DNA of 32,000 nucleotides from Alphaproteobacteria bacterium (GTDB lineage Bacteria; Pseudomonadota; Alphaproteobacteria; Rs-D84): NCBI GenBank assembly GCA_017475605.1, contig JAFVFD010000005.1, positions 90,001 to 122,000 of the forward strand, read 5' to 3'. Shown piece by piece: positions 23,240 to 31,476 of this stretch (position 1 is its first letter; each line of letters starts with the position of its first letter). The notes under the pieces were generated by a model. It saw only the letters and a program-made list of their open reading frames with translations, ran no database searches and was not told where the DNA came from. The position numbers and the translations under genes were made by a program.

Positions 23240-26194
23240 TTAGAATTGGGTATCAGTACATGTTTCTTTTTCTTCGCCCCAATCTTTACAATACTTATTA
23301 CCAAACAGCGGGTTCTTGGTATTTTCACAACTTTGTGAACGGACACATTTATGACAATTCAACGTTTCCCATTCAAATGTCGATGTAATCGTTTCTTTGT
23401 AATTCCACTGGTTTAACTGGGCCGAAGCAACCAACTCACGTTCTGTAATGTTGTCCACACCATTTGCAGAACCAGATCCGACATTACCCAACAACCCCAT
23501 GCCGGCAACAGCAGTCGCGCCCACAGCCACACCATTCACTGTCACCCCCGCAACCGTTATTGCTGTTGCAGAAAGTGCGGCAGGCCCCATAAGCGGCACC
23601 GCAACACAGGCACCGGTTATTGCAACCGCGGCCAATATTTTACCAAACGCATTTTTCGGGGGATTTGGTGATTTTGGCAATGTGGATGATGACGGCAATC
23701 CTAAACACGACAAACGTGCAATTTCACGACGTGCATCCAGGACATTTTTACCCTGAATTTCTGCCATACGTTCCCCAATTGTTGCATAATCTTGTAATAA
23801 TTTTTCGTTTAATTCATCGTATTTTGTATAGTAATTTGATTTCGCCTGTTTCAGGGCCGCACTTGCAATCAATGACCGCATTTGCTTTGTTAATTCTGGG
23901 AAGCGCGGATTTTCCTTGGATCCGATTGTTGTGCGGGTTGAACGTGTACCATTCGCCGTTACAACATTTTTATTCATACCCTGAACTTCGCGACCATACA
24001 TACAGAACTGAACTGTTGGGTCTGATTCAATCGTATTAATTGCATTATTAATACTATTCTGTAATTGCGCCAATTCAGATTTGACTTTTTCTTTCTGTTC
24101 GGGACTGATGCTTTTTGCTTCATCAACTTTCGTTAAATAGTCTTCAACTGATGATAATTTACCATCGGAACCAACCTCTACACTTTCCCAATAAATTGTC
24201 CCATCGATTACACCGGCCAATGGTGTTATAGGCCCCAATTGAGTACTGGTTGAACCTTCAACACGTCCCAATTCAACGTCTTGAATTTGCGCAACATCGG
24301 TACGACATGAATAGAAATCTATATCCGTAAGATTTCCATTTTCATCCGTCTTGTAGCCACAAATTTTATAATCCAACGAATGCGCCCCTATTCCATTATC
24401 AATGGCTAATCCATTACAATTTTCGGTATCACCACAAACTTTGATCATGGCTTCGTCGGCGGCCTTTTGGCACATGGTCAACATATTGTTGTCAATATTC
24501 AGCATAATACCTTGGACCATATTGGCGATTTCATCGTAAACCTTGTTGCCACGAATATCCTGGCCTTCATAAACCTTTTGACAACCGACCAGTTTATCAT
24601 ACGGACACATACGCATAATGGTATCCGTATCCAGACCAACACATTGTGTATAGTCCGAACCACAGCGATCTTCTGACTGCAGACAGGATTTAACTTCCTT
24701 TGTACAGGAATCAACACGCATAGATGCCAAACGCGCGACCACGAAATCCCAAATTTGTGATTTTTGCGCTTTGGATGCACTTGATGCATCAATACCACAC
24801 GCATTAAGTGGAATCTTACATACATTAAGCATCGTTTCTGGACGTGTCAAACACATATCATACGAACCGTCGGGGTCGTTTGGATCGATATTATCACGAC
24901 AGGCCTTTTGGAAACAGGACGATATATTCCCGATACAATTTTGACGGGCATTATCTTCAGCAATCAATTCAGCCGACTTGATTTGCGGTGCAATTTCTTT
25001 AAGGAATGTATCCCAAACCTTGTCCGCGACCGCAACGCATTGTTTTGTAACCGTTTCGCACAACGGTTTCTTAGACAGCAGTGTATCATACGATGATGCC
25101 GCTATTTCTATCGTTGTGGCCGAACCCTTGACAGAATAACTTTTGGCTTTTCTGGACGTACTTTGGGTTGTGTTTGTATTATCCATCGCAGAAATCATCG
25201 CACATGCCGCGAAATCATTACCACAACCACCAGTTGTCTGCATACACTTTTTGAATTCTATTGTACACTGGCCCAAATCATAACGATTTTCCGCACGCAA
25301 TTGTTCCAATGCCGCATCGCGCAGTGCGCGTTCCGCAGTCGCTAATTTAGTTTGACTGGCACTTTTCTGCTGTTTCAAACTGTTTTCATACGCATTACAA
25401 TCAGATTTGATTTTTTGCGCATATAACAATTTCAGCATTGACATATCAGCCGCACATTCTGGTATCTGCGCCGCACATAAATCAGATGCCGCCCGTTGTA
25501 AAGCGTCCCCTGTTTTACCATCTATTGACGACACTTCACCGAAAATATCAAACACATCGTCTTCTTCGAACATGGCGCTGTTGTCCCAAATCGACAAATC
25601 AAGTTTCCGACGACCCTTTTCATCCCGGTCCACAGAATCTATCGCATCTTTTGCCGCGGCATTTGCCTTGGCTATCGCCGCATCGGCATCCAATCCCATT
25701 TCGATTTTTTCAACACCATATGTTGCCATTTGATATGATTGCTGATCCAGTTTTTCGATTTCGGCTAAAACCTCGTCTAATTCGGCATTACGATTACTGC
25801 AAACACACCGACCACCACTGGTATTGTCCAGCATACAAAACGCATCCATACAGCCATAATATTTATTTTGGCATTGTTCATTAACCGCGGTGTTGGCAAC
25901 GGCACCCGCAACCTTGGTTCCAGAATTGATAACCTTTTGTGATGTAACCGCCGCACGTGCAGCCACAGTTTTGGGTTGTGTTGTGGCACTGCGTACAGAT
26001 GTATTTCGCACCGCATTCGTTGACCGAACGGCATTGCCACGCACCGCACTGCGTGCCGTCGTCGCCGCCCCAGATGTCGCACTTTGCGTCGCAACCGGTG
26101 TCCCCGAACCGCGTCCACGCGTTACAGGCGCCGCCGCATTTGCGTTTATAACCGCACCCAAAATCAACAGGATAGAAATAAATAATTTTCTCAT
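23240..26194 (-). CDS. Large secreted cysteine-rich protein of the Cys-module family (about 984 aa), with coiled-coil-like stretches and a C-terminal Ala/Val/Gly-rich hydrophobic segment
   Basis: I prefer the ATG at 26194 (MRKLFISILLILGAVINANA) with GGGGG 6 nt upstream; the track start is a TTG at 26200. Modules: CQNKYYGCMDAFCMLDNTSGGRCVC (25799..25873), CTIEFKKCMQTTGGCGNDFAAC (25202..25267) and CTKEVKSCLQSEDRCGSDYTQC (24641..24706). Hydrophobic segment: ILAAVAITGACVAVPLMGPAALSATAITVAGVTVNGVAVGATAVAGMGLLGNVGSG (about 23462..23645). Confidence 0.85.
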   Translation of the reverse strand: MRKLFISILLILGAVINANAAAPVTRGRGSGTPVATQSATSGAATTARSAVRGNAVRSTNAVRNTSVRSATTQPKTVAARAAVTSQKVINSGTKVAGAVANTAVNEQCQNKYYGCMDAFCMLDNTSGGRCVCSNRNAELDEVLAEIEKLDQQSYQMATYGVEKIEMGLDADAAIAKANAAAKDAIDSVDRDEKGRRKLDLSIWDNSAMFEEDDVFDIFGEVSSIDGKTGDALQRAASDLCAAQIPECAADMSMLKLLYAQKIKSDCNAYENSLKQQKSASQTKLATAERALRDAALEQLRAENRYDLGQCTIEFKKCMQTTGGCGNDFAACAMISAMDNTNTTQSTSRKAKSYSVKGSATTIEIAASSYDTLLSKKPLCETVTKQCVAVADKVWDTFLKEIAPQIKSAELIAEDNARQNCIGNISSCFQKACRDNIDPNDPDGSYDMCLTRPETMLNVCKIPLNACGIDASSASKAQKSQIWDFVVARLASMRVDSCTKEVKSCLQSEDRCGSDYTQCVGLDTDTIMRMCPYDKLVGCQKVYEGQDIRGNKVYDEIANMVQGIMLNIDNNMLTMCQKAADEAMIKVCGDTENCNGLAIDNGIGAHSLDYKICGYKTDENGNLTDIDFYSCRTDVAQIQDVELGRVEGSTSTQLGPITPLAGVIDGTIYWESVEVGSDGKLSSVEDYLTKVDEAKSISPEQKEKVKSELAQLQNSINNAINTIESDPTVQFCMYGREVQGMNKNVVTANGTRSTRTTIGSKENPRFPELTKQMRSLIASAALKQAKSNYYTKYDELNEKLLQDYATIGERMAEIQGKNVLDARREIARLSCLGLPSSSTLPKSPNPPKNAFGKILAAVAITGACVAVPLMGPAALSATAITVAGVTVNGVAVGATAVAGMGLLGNVGSGSANGVDNITERELVASAQLNQWNYKETITSTFEWETLNCHKCVRSQSCENTKNPLFGNKYCKDWGEEKETCTDTQF

Positions 26195-26287
26195 CCACAA
26201 CCCCCTATTATCTGTATTATTTTATCATATTAATCCCTTTATTAAAAACACTTTTTCAAACAAATTTATCCCCTTTCACACAAAATA

Positions 26288-26317
26288 TTGACAATTATTG
26301 TTTTTGTATTATATTAT
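26288..26317 (+). promoter_or_regulatory. Sigma70-type promoter: TTGACA (26288..26293) with overlapping -10 candidates TATATT/TATTAT (26310..26317)
   Basis: Perfect -35 with 16-18 nt spacing to AT-rich -10 candidates. The GGGGGA RBS and the ATG at 26342 lie downstream. Confidence 0.45.
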
Positions 26318-26341
26318 ACATGTAAACCAGTGGGGGATTTT

Positions 26342-27124
26342 ATGTCAAACAACATTGACATTTTTGGCGAATTTGCACCGGCTTATACAATAAGCAACGA
26401 AAATCAGCGATGGGCAACCAGCGCAGTTCCAAACATATCGCGGGTTTTAACCGTTGCGGGTTCTGGCGACCAGGCTTTGTTTTATCACATAAACGGCGCA
26501 AAACGAATCGATACATTCGATAAAACTCAAAATGCCCGCGTTATCCAGGACATAAAGTTTACCGCCATACAACATGTTTCATACCACGAATATTCTAATT
26601 TATTGATAGATTTATTCCATGTCAAAGATATCAGATGTATCCCAACAATGAAAAAGCTTATGCCTTTATTGCCACGCGAAACAATAAGAATCATTAACAC
26701 ACCGGGCAATAATTATTTATTTGGGGCCGGACTGGATGCGCGGTATTATCCTGAAAACATCCCCACGCCCGCGGAATATGATTATTTAAAACACACACTT
26801 AAAAAGCCGTTTAATTTTATATGCACCGACCTGTATGATTTAAGTGCTAAAATAACCGGTAAATATGATTTGATAAACATTTCAAATATTTTTGATTATT
26901 GCTATAACGCGCAACAACAAGGTGACATTTTGAGAAAACTTTCGCGCCATCTTGTACCCGGCGGACATATTGTATATTTACCCCAGGCGGAAAAATTTTC
27001 GTATAACAAAATACATATTCCATTACAAAACAGCGAATTAAATTATCTGCAAAAATTACAACAAAAACAAACAAAAATGATTTTGTTTAGATATACACAA
27101 TTAGCAAAAATGAAACAGAAATAA
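26342..27124 (+). CDS. DUF3419 / BtaA-like SAM-dependent transferase-fold protein
   Basis: The track ORF starts at the TTG of the -35 box; the ATG at 26342 follows a GGGGGA RBS. VLTVAGSGDQALFYHINGAKRIDTFDKTQNARVIQDIKFTAIQHVSYHEY parallels the DUF3419 N-terminal motif (vLsI.SaG.NaL..l......v.aVD.N.aQ.aLl.LK.aa...l.yeef). ...YDLINISNIFDY...LVPGGHIVY parallels the C-terminal part. Confidence 0.6.
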   Translation: MSNNIDIFGEFAPAYTISNENQRWATSAVPNISRVLTVAGSGDQALFYHINGAKRIDTFDKTQNARVIQDIKFTAIQHVSYHEYSNLLIDLFHVKDIRCIPTMKKLMPLLPRETIRIINTPGNNYLFGAGLDARYYPENIPTPAEYDYLKHTLKKPFNFICTDLYDLSAKITGKYDLINISNIFDYCYNAQQQGDILRKLSRHLVPGGHIVYLPQAEKFSYNKIHIPLQNSELNYLQKLQQKQTKMILFRYTQLAKMKQK

Positions 27125-27134
27125 AAAACAAAAT

Positions 27135-27160
27135 AAAAAACGGGGCAAATGCCCCGTTTA
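27135..27160. terminator. Bidirectional intrinsic terminator between 26342..27124 (+) and rplQ (-)
   Basis: AAAAAA-CGGGGC-AAAT-GCCCCG-TTTAATT. Confidence 0.75.
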
Positions 27161-27161
27161 A

Positions 27162-27731
27162 TTATTTGCCGGTTGCACGACGTTTAACAGCAACTTCTTT
27201 CTTGGCTGTTGTCGCCTTGGCTGCCTTTGGTGCCGCCTTTTCTACCTTGGCTGCTGGTGCCTTTGGCGATGCTTTCTTGGCTGCTGGCTTTTCGGCTGTT
27301 GCTTCACTTGCAACTTCTGCTGGTGCCGCTGCTGCCGCTGCCTTTGGTGCAGACTTTTTCGCATTTTCGTCGCGATCAACCAATTCAATAATCGCCATTG
27401 GTGCCGCGTCGCCATAACGGAAACCCGCCTTTAATACGCGTGTATAACCGCCGTTGCGTTTAGCATAACGTGGGCCCAAAACCGCGAACAGTTTTTTAAC
27501 TGTTGCTTCTGCCCCATTACCCAATTCAGACGCAATCAAACGACGATTTGCAACGGTATCAACCTTGGCGCGAGTAATCATTTTTTCGACCACACTGCGC
27601 AGGTCTTTTGCCTTTGGCAAAGTTGTTTTAATTTGTTCACGTTCAATCAAGTTTTTCGCCAAGCCGATAAATAATGCTTTGCGTGCATTTGTGTCGCGAT
27701 TAAATGTGCGACCTGCTTTCATATGTCTCAT
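27162..27731 (-). CDS. rplQ: 50S ribosomal protein L17 with an Ala/Lys/Pro-rich C-terminal extension of about 60 aa
   Basis: [22 protein letters not shown]...[26 protein letters not shown]...[24 protein letters not shown] is canonical L17. The tail is [74 protein letters not shown]. Confidence 0.93.
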   Translation of the reverse strand: MRHMKAGRTFNRDTNARKALFIGLAKNLIEREQIKTTLPKAKDLRSVVEKMITRAKVDTVANRRLIASELGNGAEATVKKLFAVLGPRYAKRNGGYTRVLKAGFRYGDAAPMAIIELVDRDENAKKSAPKAAAAAAPAEVASEATAEKPAAKKASPKAPAAKVEKAAPKAAKATTAKKEVAVKRRATGK

Positions 27732-27832
27732 CGATTACTCCTTTATTTTGTTTCAGCCCCGGACCACCCGGGGATTTGTTGAGACACCCGCAACCAAAGT
27801 TTCCCCTGAATTGCGGGTTTTGTTTTTATCCC

Positions 27833-28861
27833 TTATTTATAAGGATCTTCATATTTCTTGGCCAATTCTGCGATATTTTCCGGTGGCCAACCTGGTACTT
27901 CCATACCCAATCCCAAACCCATGGCTTCCAATTGAGCCTTGATTTCATTCAAAGACTTGCGGCCAAAGTTTGGTGTTTTCAACATGTCTGCTTCGGTTTT
28001 CTGGACCAATTCGCCCAACCAATTGATTTTGTCGTTCTTCAAGCAGTTATTTGCACGAACAGACAATTCCAATTCATCAACATGTTTCAACAATTTCGGA
28101 TCAAATGGCAACGCATCTTTTGCCTTATCATCTTCGGATGGTGCATTGATTTGTGCAGGATCTTCAAAGTTGATAAAGACAACCAGTTGGTCTGTCAAGA
28201 TACGTGCGGCATATGCGATTGCATCTTCTGGTGCAACACTGCCATTTGTTTTAACTGTCAATTCCAATTTATCATAGTCTGTAGATTGACCAACACGTGT
28301 TTGTGTAACTGTGCTGGCTACATTCAAAACTGGCGAATAAATTGAATCGACCGGAATAACCCCCAATGGTAAATCGGCGGCATTTTGTGATGCAGGCACA
28401 TAGCCACGTCCGGTTCCCAATGTGATTTCCATATCAAAATTTGCGCCCTTGTCCAAAGTGCAGATTTCGACATCTTTGTTCATAACTTCGACACCACCCG
28501 ATGTTTCAATCATACCGGCGGTAACGACTGCTGGACCTTTAACTTTCAGGTATGCTTTGTGCTGGCCTTCGGTCAAGGCTTTGAAATAAACACCCTTTAA
28601 GTTAAGGATAATGTCGGTAACATCTTCGCGGCAACCTGGGACGCTGCTGAATTCATGCTGGACACCATCAATTTTAATATAAATTGGCGCACAGCCCTGA
28701 AGTGAAGACAACAATACGCGACGTAATGCCGTCCCCAGTGTTAAACCGAACCCCTTTTCCAATGGTTCGGCGACCAAAGTTGCGATATTTGAATCATGTT
28801 CATCGACCACGACATTAAGTTTTTTTGGCTTAATAAGGGTCATCCAGTTCTTTTCAATCAT
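27833..28861 (-). CDS. rpoA: DNA-directed RNA polymerase subunit alpha
   Basis: N-terminal domain: [28 protein letters not shown]...[28 protein letters not shown]-terminal domain: [49 protein letters not shown]. Confidence 0.97.
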   Translation of the reverse strand: MIEKNWMTLIKPKKLNVVVDEHDSNIATLVAEPLEKGFGLTLGTALRRVLLSSLQGCAPIYIKIDGVQHEFSSVPGCREDVTDIILNLKGVYFKALTEGQHKAYLKVKGPAVVTAGMIETSGGVEVMNKDVEICTLDKGANFDMEITLGTGRGYVPASQNAADLPLGVIPVDSIYSPVLNVASTVTQTRVGQSTDYDKLELTVKTNGSVAPEDAIAYAARILTDQLVVFINFEDPAQINAPSEDDKAKDALPFDPKLLKHVDELELSVRANNCLKNDKINWLGELVQKTEADMLKTPNFGRKSLNEIKAQLEAMGLGLGMEVPGWPPENIAELAKKYEDPYK

Positions 28862-28931
28862 ATGTTTTTTCCTTATGGCTTAGTTTATTATTTTCACCAA
28901 ATTGCGCCCAAACCCGTTGTGCGCGTGCGTT

Positions 28932-28960
28932 ATTTTATACTGACAAAAGCCAATTGTCAA
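28932..28960 (-). promoter_or_regulatory. Sigma70-type promoter TTGACA-17-TAAAAT dedicated to rpoA-rplQ
   Basis: TTGACA is the revcomp of 28955..28960 and TAAAAT the revcomp of 28932..28937. It lies about 70 nt upstream of the rpoA ATG. The RBS AAGGAAAAAA precedes the ATG. Confidence 0.5.
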
Positions 28961-29040
28961 CATATTATTCATTGTTTCCACCCCCAAAAGCCCAAGAAAA
29001 CACCTGAAACATTTGACAAAAATTATTTTTATCTAAAAAC

Positions 29041-29069
29041 TTGACAATCGGCATTTTGTGTCCTAATAT
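29041..29069 (+). promoter_or_regulatory. Sigma70-type promoter TTGACA-17-TAATAT for 29100..29465
   Basis: TTGACA at 29041..29046 and TAATAT at 29064..29069. The RBS AAAAGGAA at 29085..29092 precedes the ATG at 29100. Confidence 0.55.
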
Positions 29070-29099
29070 CGTATCAGTCCAACCAAAAGGAATACAAAT

Positions 29100-29465
29100 A
29101 TGAAAAAAACAATTTTGTCTGGCATCGTCGCATGTGTTATCTGCGCACCGGTTTATGCGTCTGACGGTGGTGTCTATGGTGATTACAACACCGAAATGAA
29201 AACCACAGCCGAAGATTTCGTTCGTGTCGAACGCGTTGCACAACCAGTTGCTGTGAAAACAGTTGCCGCGAAACCAGCATGCACAAAATGCAACAAATGC
29301 GCTGCCAAAGTTTGTGGCGAACCATTTGAAAAGGTTGTAAATCGTGAATATTTCGTTCGCGAAACAGTACAACAGTATCGTCCGGTTGTTTCCTATGTAC
29401 CGGCTGGTTCATACACAACCGTTCGTGCGGTTGCAACACCAAAATGCAACAAATGCGGTTTCTAA
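29100..29465 (+). CDS. Small secreted protein (121 aa) with a repeated KCNKC motif
   Basis: Signal peptide MKKTILSGIVACVICAPVYAS. It contains ACTKCNKCAAKVCGE (29280..29315) and a C-terminal PKCNKCGF (29445..29456). It has its own promoter, RBS and terminator. Confidence 0.7.
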   Translation: MKKTILSGIVACVICAPVYASDGGVYGDYNTEMKTTAEDFVRVERVAQPVAVKTVAAKPACTKCNKCAAKVCGEPFEKVVNREYFVRETVQQYRPVVSYVPAGSYTTVRAVATPKCNKCGF

Positions 29466-29491
29466 TAATCGTATAAAAAGTTTGCGCTAAG

Positions 29492-29519
29492 AAAAAAACC
29501 ACCCAAACGGGTGGTTTTT
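29492..29519. terminator. Bidirectional intrinsic terminator between 29100..29465 (+) and 29518..30465 (-)
   Basis: AAAAAAA-CCACCC-AAAC-GGGTGG-TTTTT. Its T-run overlaps the stop codon of the minus-strand gene. Confidence 0.75.
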
Positions 29520-30465
29520 ATTTTTGATTTTTTGCCGCCTGAACATATTGCGACCGCATGACACGCAAAATAGCCACCCAATCTTCGTGTTGATGCATGA
29601 ACGAATGACGACTTTCTGGAAATTCAACGAATCGCATTTTTTCCTTTGGTGAATATTCATTAACCTGGTTATAAATTGAACGAATATATTCAATTGGTGA
29701 TTTTTGATCTTTGCCGCCCGCAACCATTGTAACAGGTATATTATATTGCGCCATCAAATCGGGTCGCGGTTGCAATGCGACAACTTCATCATAAAACTTG
29801 GTGAACAATGAAACATACCGGTTTTGTCTGACCAGCATAACATCGTGCGGACTCATAAGGCCCATAGGCACTTTTTCAAATTCATCATCAGATAAATCTG
29901 GATATTGATGATGATGCATAAACTTTTTTGAAAAATCGAACCATTCTTTTGTAACATATGGCGCAAACAATATTGCCCCCGAAAAGCCAACCGGACGATT
30001 TTGTAAAACACGACGATTAAAAACTTCCAAAACCCCCGTTCCACCCAGCGAATGACCAACCACACAGGTCCACTTGCCCATTGACATTTTTGAAACGATT
30101 TCCAAACCTGCATCCATCAAATCTATAAATTCAGGAAACGTATTTTTCTTGGCTAATTCCGCGGATATTTCCGGTTTAAAATTCCCCAGGAAAGTATCCA
30201 GCGCATAAATATTATATTTGTGTTTAAGGGACCAATAACTTAATGCCCCCATCAATGGTTCTATTTGTGTATTACTGGCCAGGCCCGGCACCAAAACAAA
30301 ATTACCACGCGCCACATCACCCACCGAATAGTGTGTAATCTGACCGATTGTTCCCAAATCTGTCCTTGACGAAAAATGCATCTGCCACGTAAAATACTTG
30401 CCCTTTAATTCGGGCAACGCATCGGCATAATTTTTTGGAATAAAAACATCTTTTAGTGGTTTCAT
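29518..30465 (-). CDS. Alpha/beta-fold hydrolase (serine esterase/lipase-type)
   Basis: Nucleophile elbow VVGHSLGG; the preceding FVLVPGLASN is an oxyanion-hole-type strand. About 315 aa. The track start is TTG 30486; the first ATG is 30465 (MKPLKDVF...), without a Shine-Dalgarno sequence but 9 nt downstream of a promoter -10. Confidence 0.8.
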   Translation of the reverse strand: MKPLKDVFIPKNYADALPELKGKYFTWQMHFSSRTDLGTIGQITHYSVGDVARGNFVLVPGLASNTQIEPLMGALSYWSLKHKYNIYALDTFLGNFKPEISAELAKKNTFPEFIDLMDAGLEIVSKMSMGKWTCVVGHSLGGTGVLEVFNRRVLQNRPVGFSGAILFAPYVTKEWFDFSKKFMHHHQYPDLSDDEFEKVPMGLMSPHDVMLVRQNRYVSLFTKFYDEVVALQPRPDLMAQYNIPVTMVAGGKDQKSPIEYIRSIYNQVNEYSPKEKMRFVEFPESRHSFMHQHEDWVAILRVMRSQYVQAAKNQK

Positions 30466-30474
30466 AACAAAACA

Positions 30475-30502
30475 AACATAACACAAAAACCAAAAATGTC
30501 AA
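30475..30502 (-). promoter_or_regulatory. Sigma70-type promoter TTGACA-16-TATGTT, 9 nt upstream of the ATG at 30465 (near-leaderless configuration)
   Basis: TTGACA is the revcomp of 30497..30502 and TATGTT the revcomp of 30475..30480. Confidence 0.4.
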
Positions 30503-30516
30503 CAAAACTAAATAAA

Positions 30517-30545
30517 TAAAAACCGCCCGTCTGGGCGGCTTCTTG
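30517..30545 (-). terminator. Intrinsic terminator after the S-subunit gene
   Basis: AAAAA-CCGCCC-GTCT-GGGCGG on the plus strand. On the minus strand the stem is followed by TTTTTATTTATTT. Confidence 0.7.
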
Positions 30546-30547
30546 CT

Positions 30548-31474
30548 TTAAATTAAATCCGAATACGGCAAAGATTTGATATAATTTTCCATATAATCCC
30601 AATCTGGATTGCCATTTTTATCAACAGGCAATTTTATGACAGTGTTACGAATTTTTGTCTGATTAAACTTTCGACCATAACTATATCTATATCTTTCTTT
30701 ATTTATAATAGTCGCAAGATACGCACCGATATAACTGTTCAATCTAAATTTTGGTGTCAATTTTTCTACATGGTCACTGGCAGAAAAATTGAATGCCTGA
30801 TACGAACAAAAACCGGCGACAGCACTATCTATAACAAGAACATTTCCTTTTTCTGTAAAATAATTATAAAAACCAGCGACGCCATTATTAGTTGCTTGGG
30901 TGGTCACATATGGATATTTACCACTACCGTAACTTTCTAATTCATCTAATTTTGTTGTTTTCGTTCCAGATATATCAAATAAATCAGATAACTTAAAACT
31001 TTGCCACGATGTCGTATCAAACGGTAATTCTTTGTGTTTTATTTTTGTGTTAATTGGACTGTAATCGATTTTATATTTTTTCAACCAATCTGGTAATGGT
31101 GGTAAATTGATGTTTTTTAACGTTCTGTTTGCTTGACGACCATAACTATAACGATACGCATTCATTTTTATCGCATGACAATAAAACAACTTTTCTTCCA
31201 ACGACATTTCTTTTTTAGGTTTCAGCACCAACACATGAAAGCCAGTATAAAAAGGTTTGTCTTGAACAAAAGATGATAAAACACTGCCACCAACAGCAAC
31301 CGTTATTAAACCCGCTTGAAAGGGTTCTTTATCTGTTTTGACAACTCTTGCGACAACGCCATTGTTTTCACCTGTTCTGGCAACAAAATTTATGTCAGCC
31401 CCCTTATCAATTTCCATATTGATAAGTTCAAAACCATTTCCCTGATAAATATCAAATAATTCTGATACTAACAT
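30548..31474 (-). CDS. hsdS: Restriction-modification specificity (S) subunit-like protein with two tandem target-recognition halves
   Basis: Internal duplication: each half starts with ..(E/D)LFDI..G and ends with a Y(R)YSYGR(Q/K)xN(R/Q)T...(I/N)LP motif (AYRYSYGRQANRTLKNINLP and RYRYSYGRKFNQTKIRNTVIKLP). The start lies 2 nt after the stop of the upstream methylase gene. AT-rich by eye. Confidence 0.55.
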   Translation of the reverse strand: MLVSELFDIYQGNGFELINMEIDKGADINFVARTGENNGVVARVVKTDKEPFQAGLITVAVGGSVLSSFVQDKPFYTGFHVLVLKPKKEMSLEEKLFYCHAIKMNAYRYSYGRQANRTLKNINLPPLPDWLKKYKIDYSPINTKIKHKELPFDTTSWQSFKLSDLFDISGTKTTKLDELESYGSGKYPYVTTQATNNGVAGFYNYFTEKGNVLVIDSAVAGFCSYQAFNFSASDHVEKLTPKFRLNSYIGAYLATIINKERYRYSYGRKFNQTKIRNTVIKLPVDKNGNPDWDYMENYIKSLPYSDLI

Positions 31475-31476
31475 TG

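Noticed and set aside
27704-28345. 213-aa plus-strand ORF opposite rpoA, and other antisense ORFs in eno, rplQ and the 19897..26194 genes
   Set aside because: The opposite-strand genes are unambiguous (rpoA, eno, rplQ) or supported by signal peptides and family motifs. The antisense ORFs have no recognisable features.
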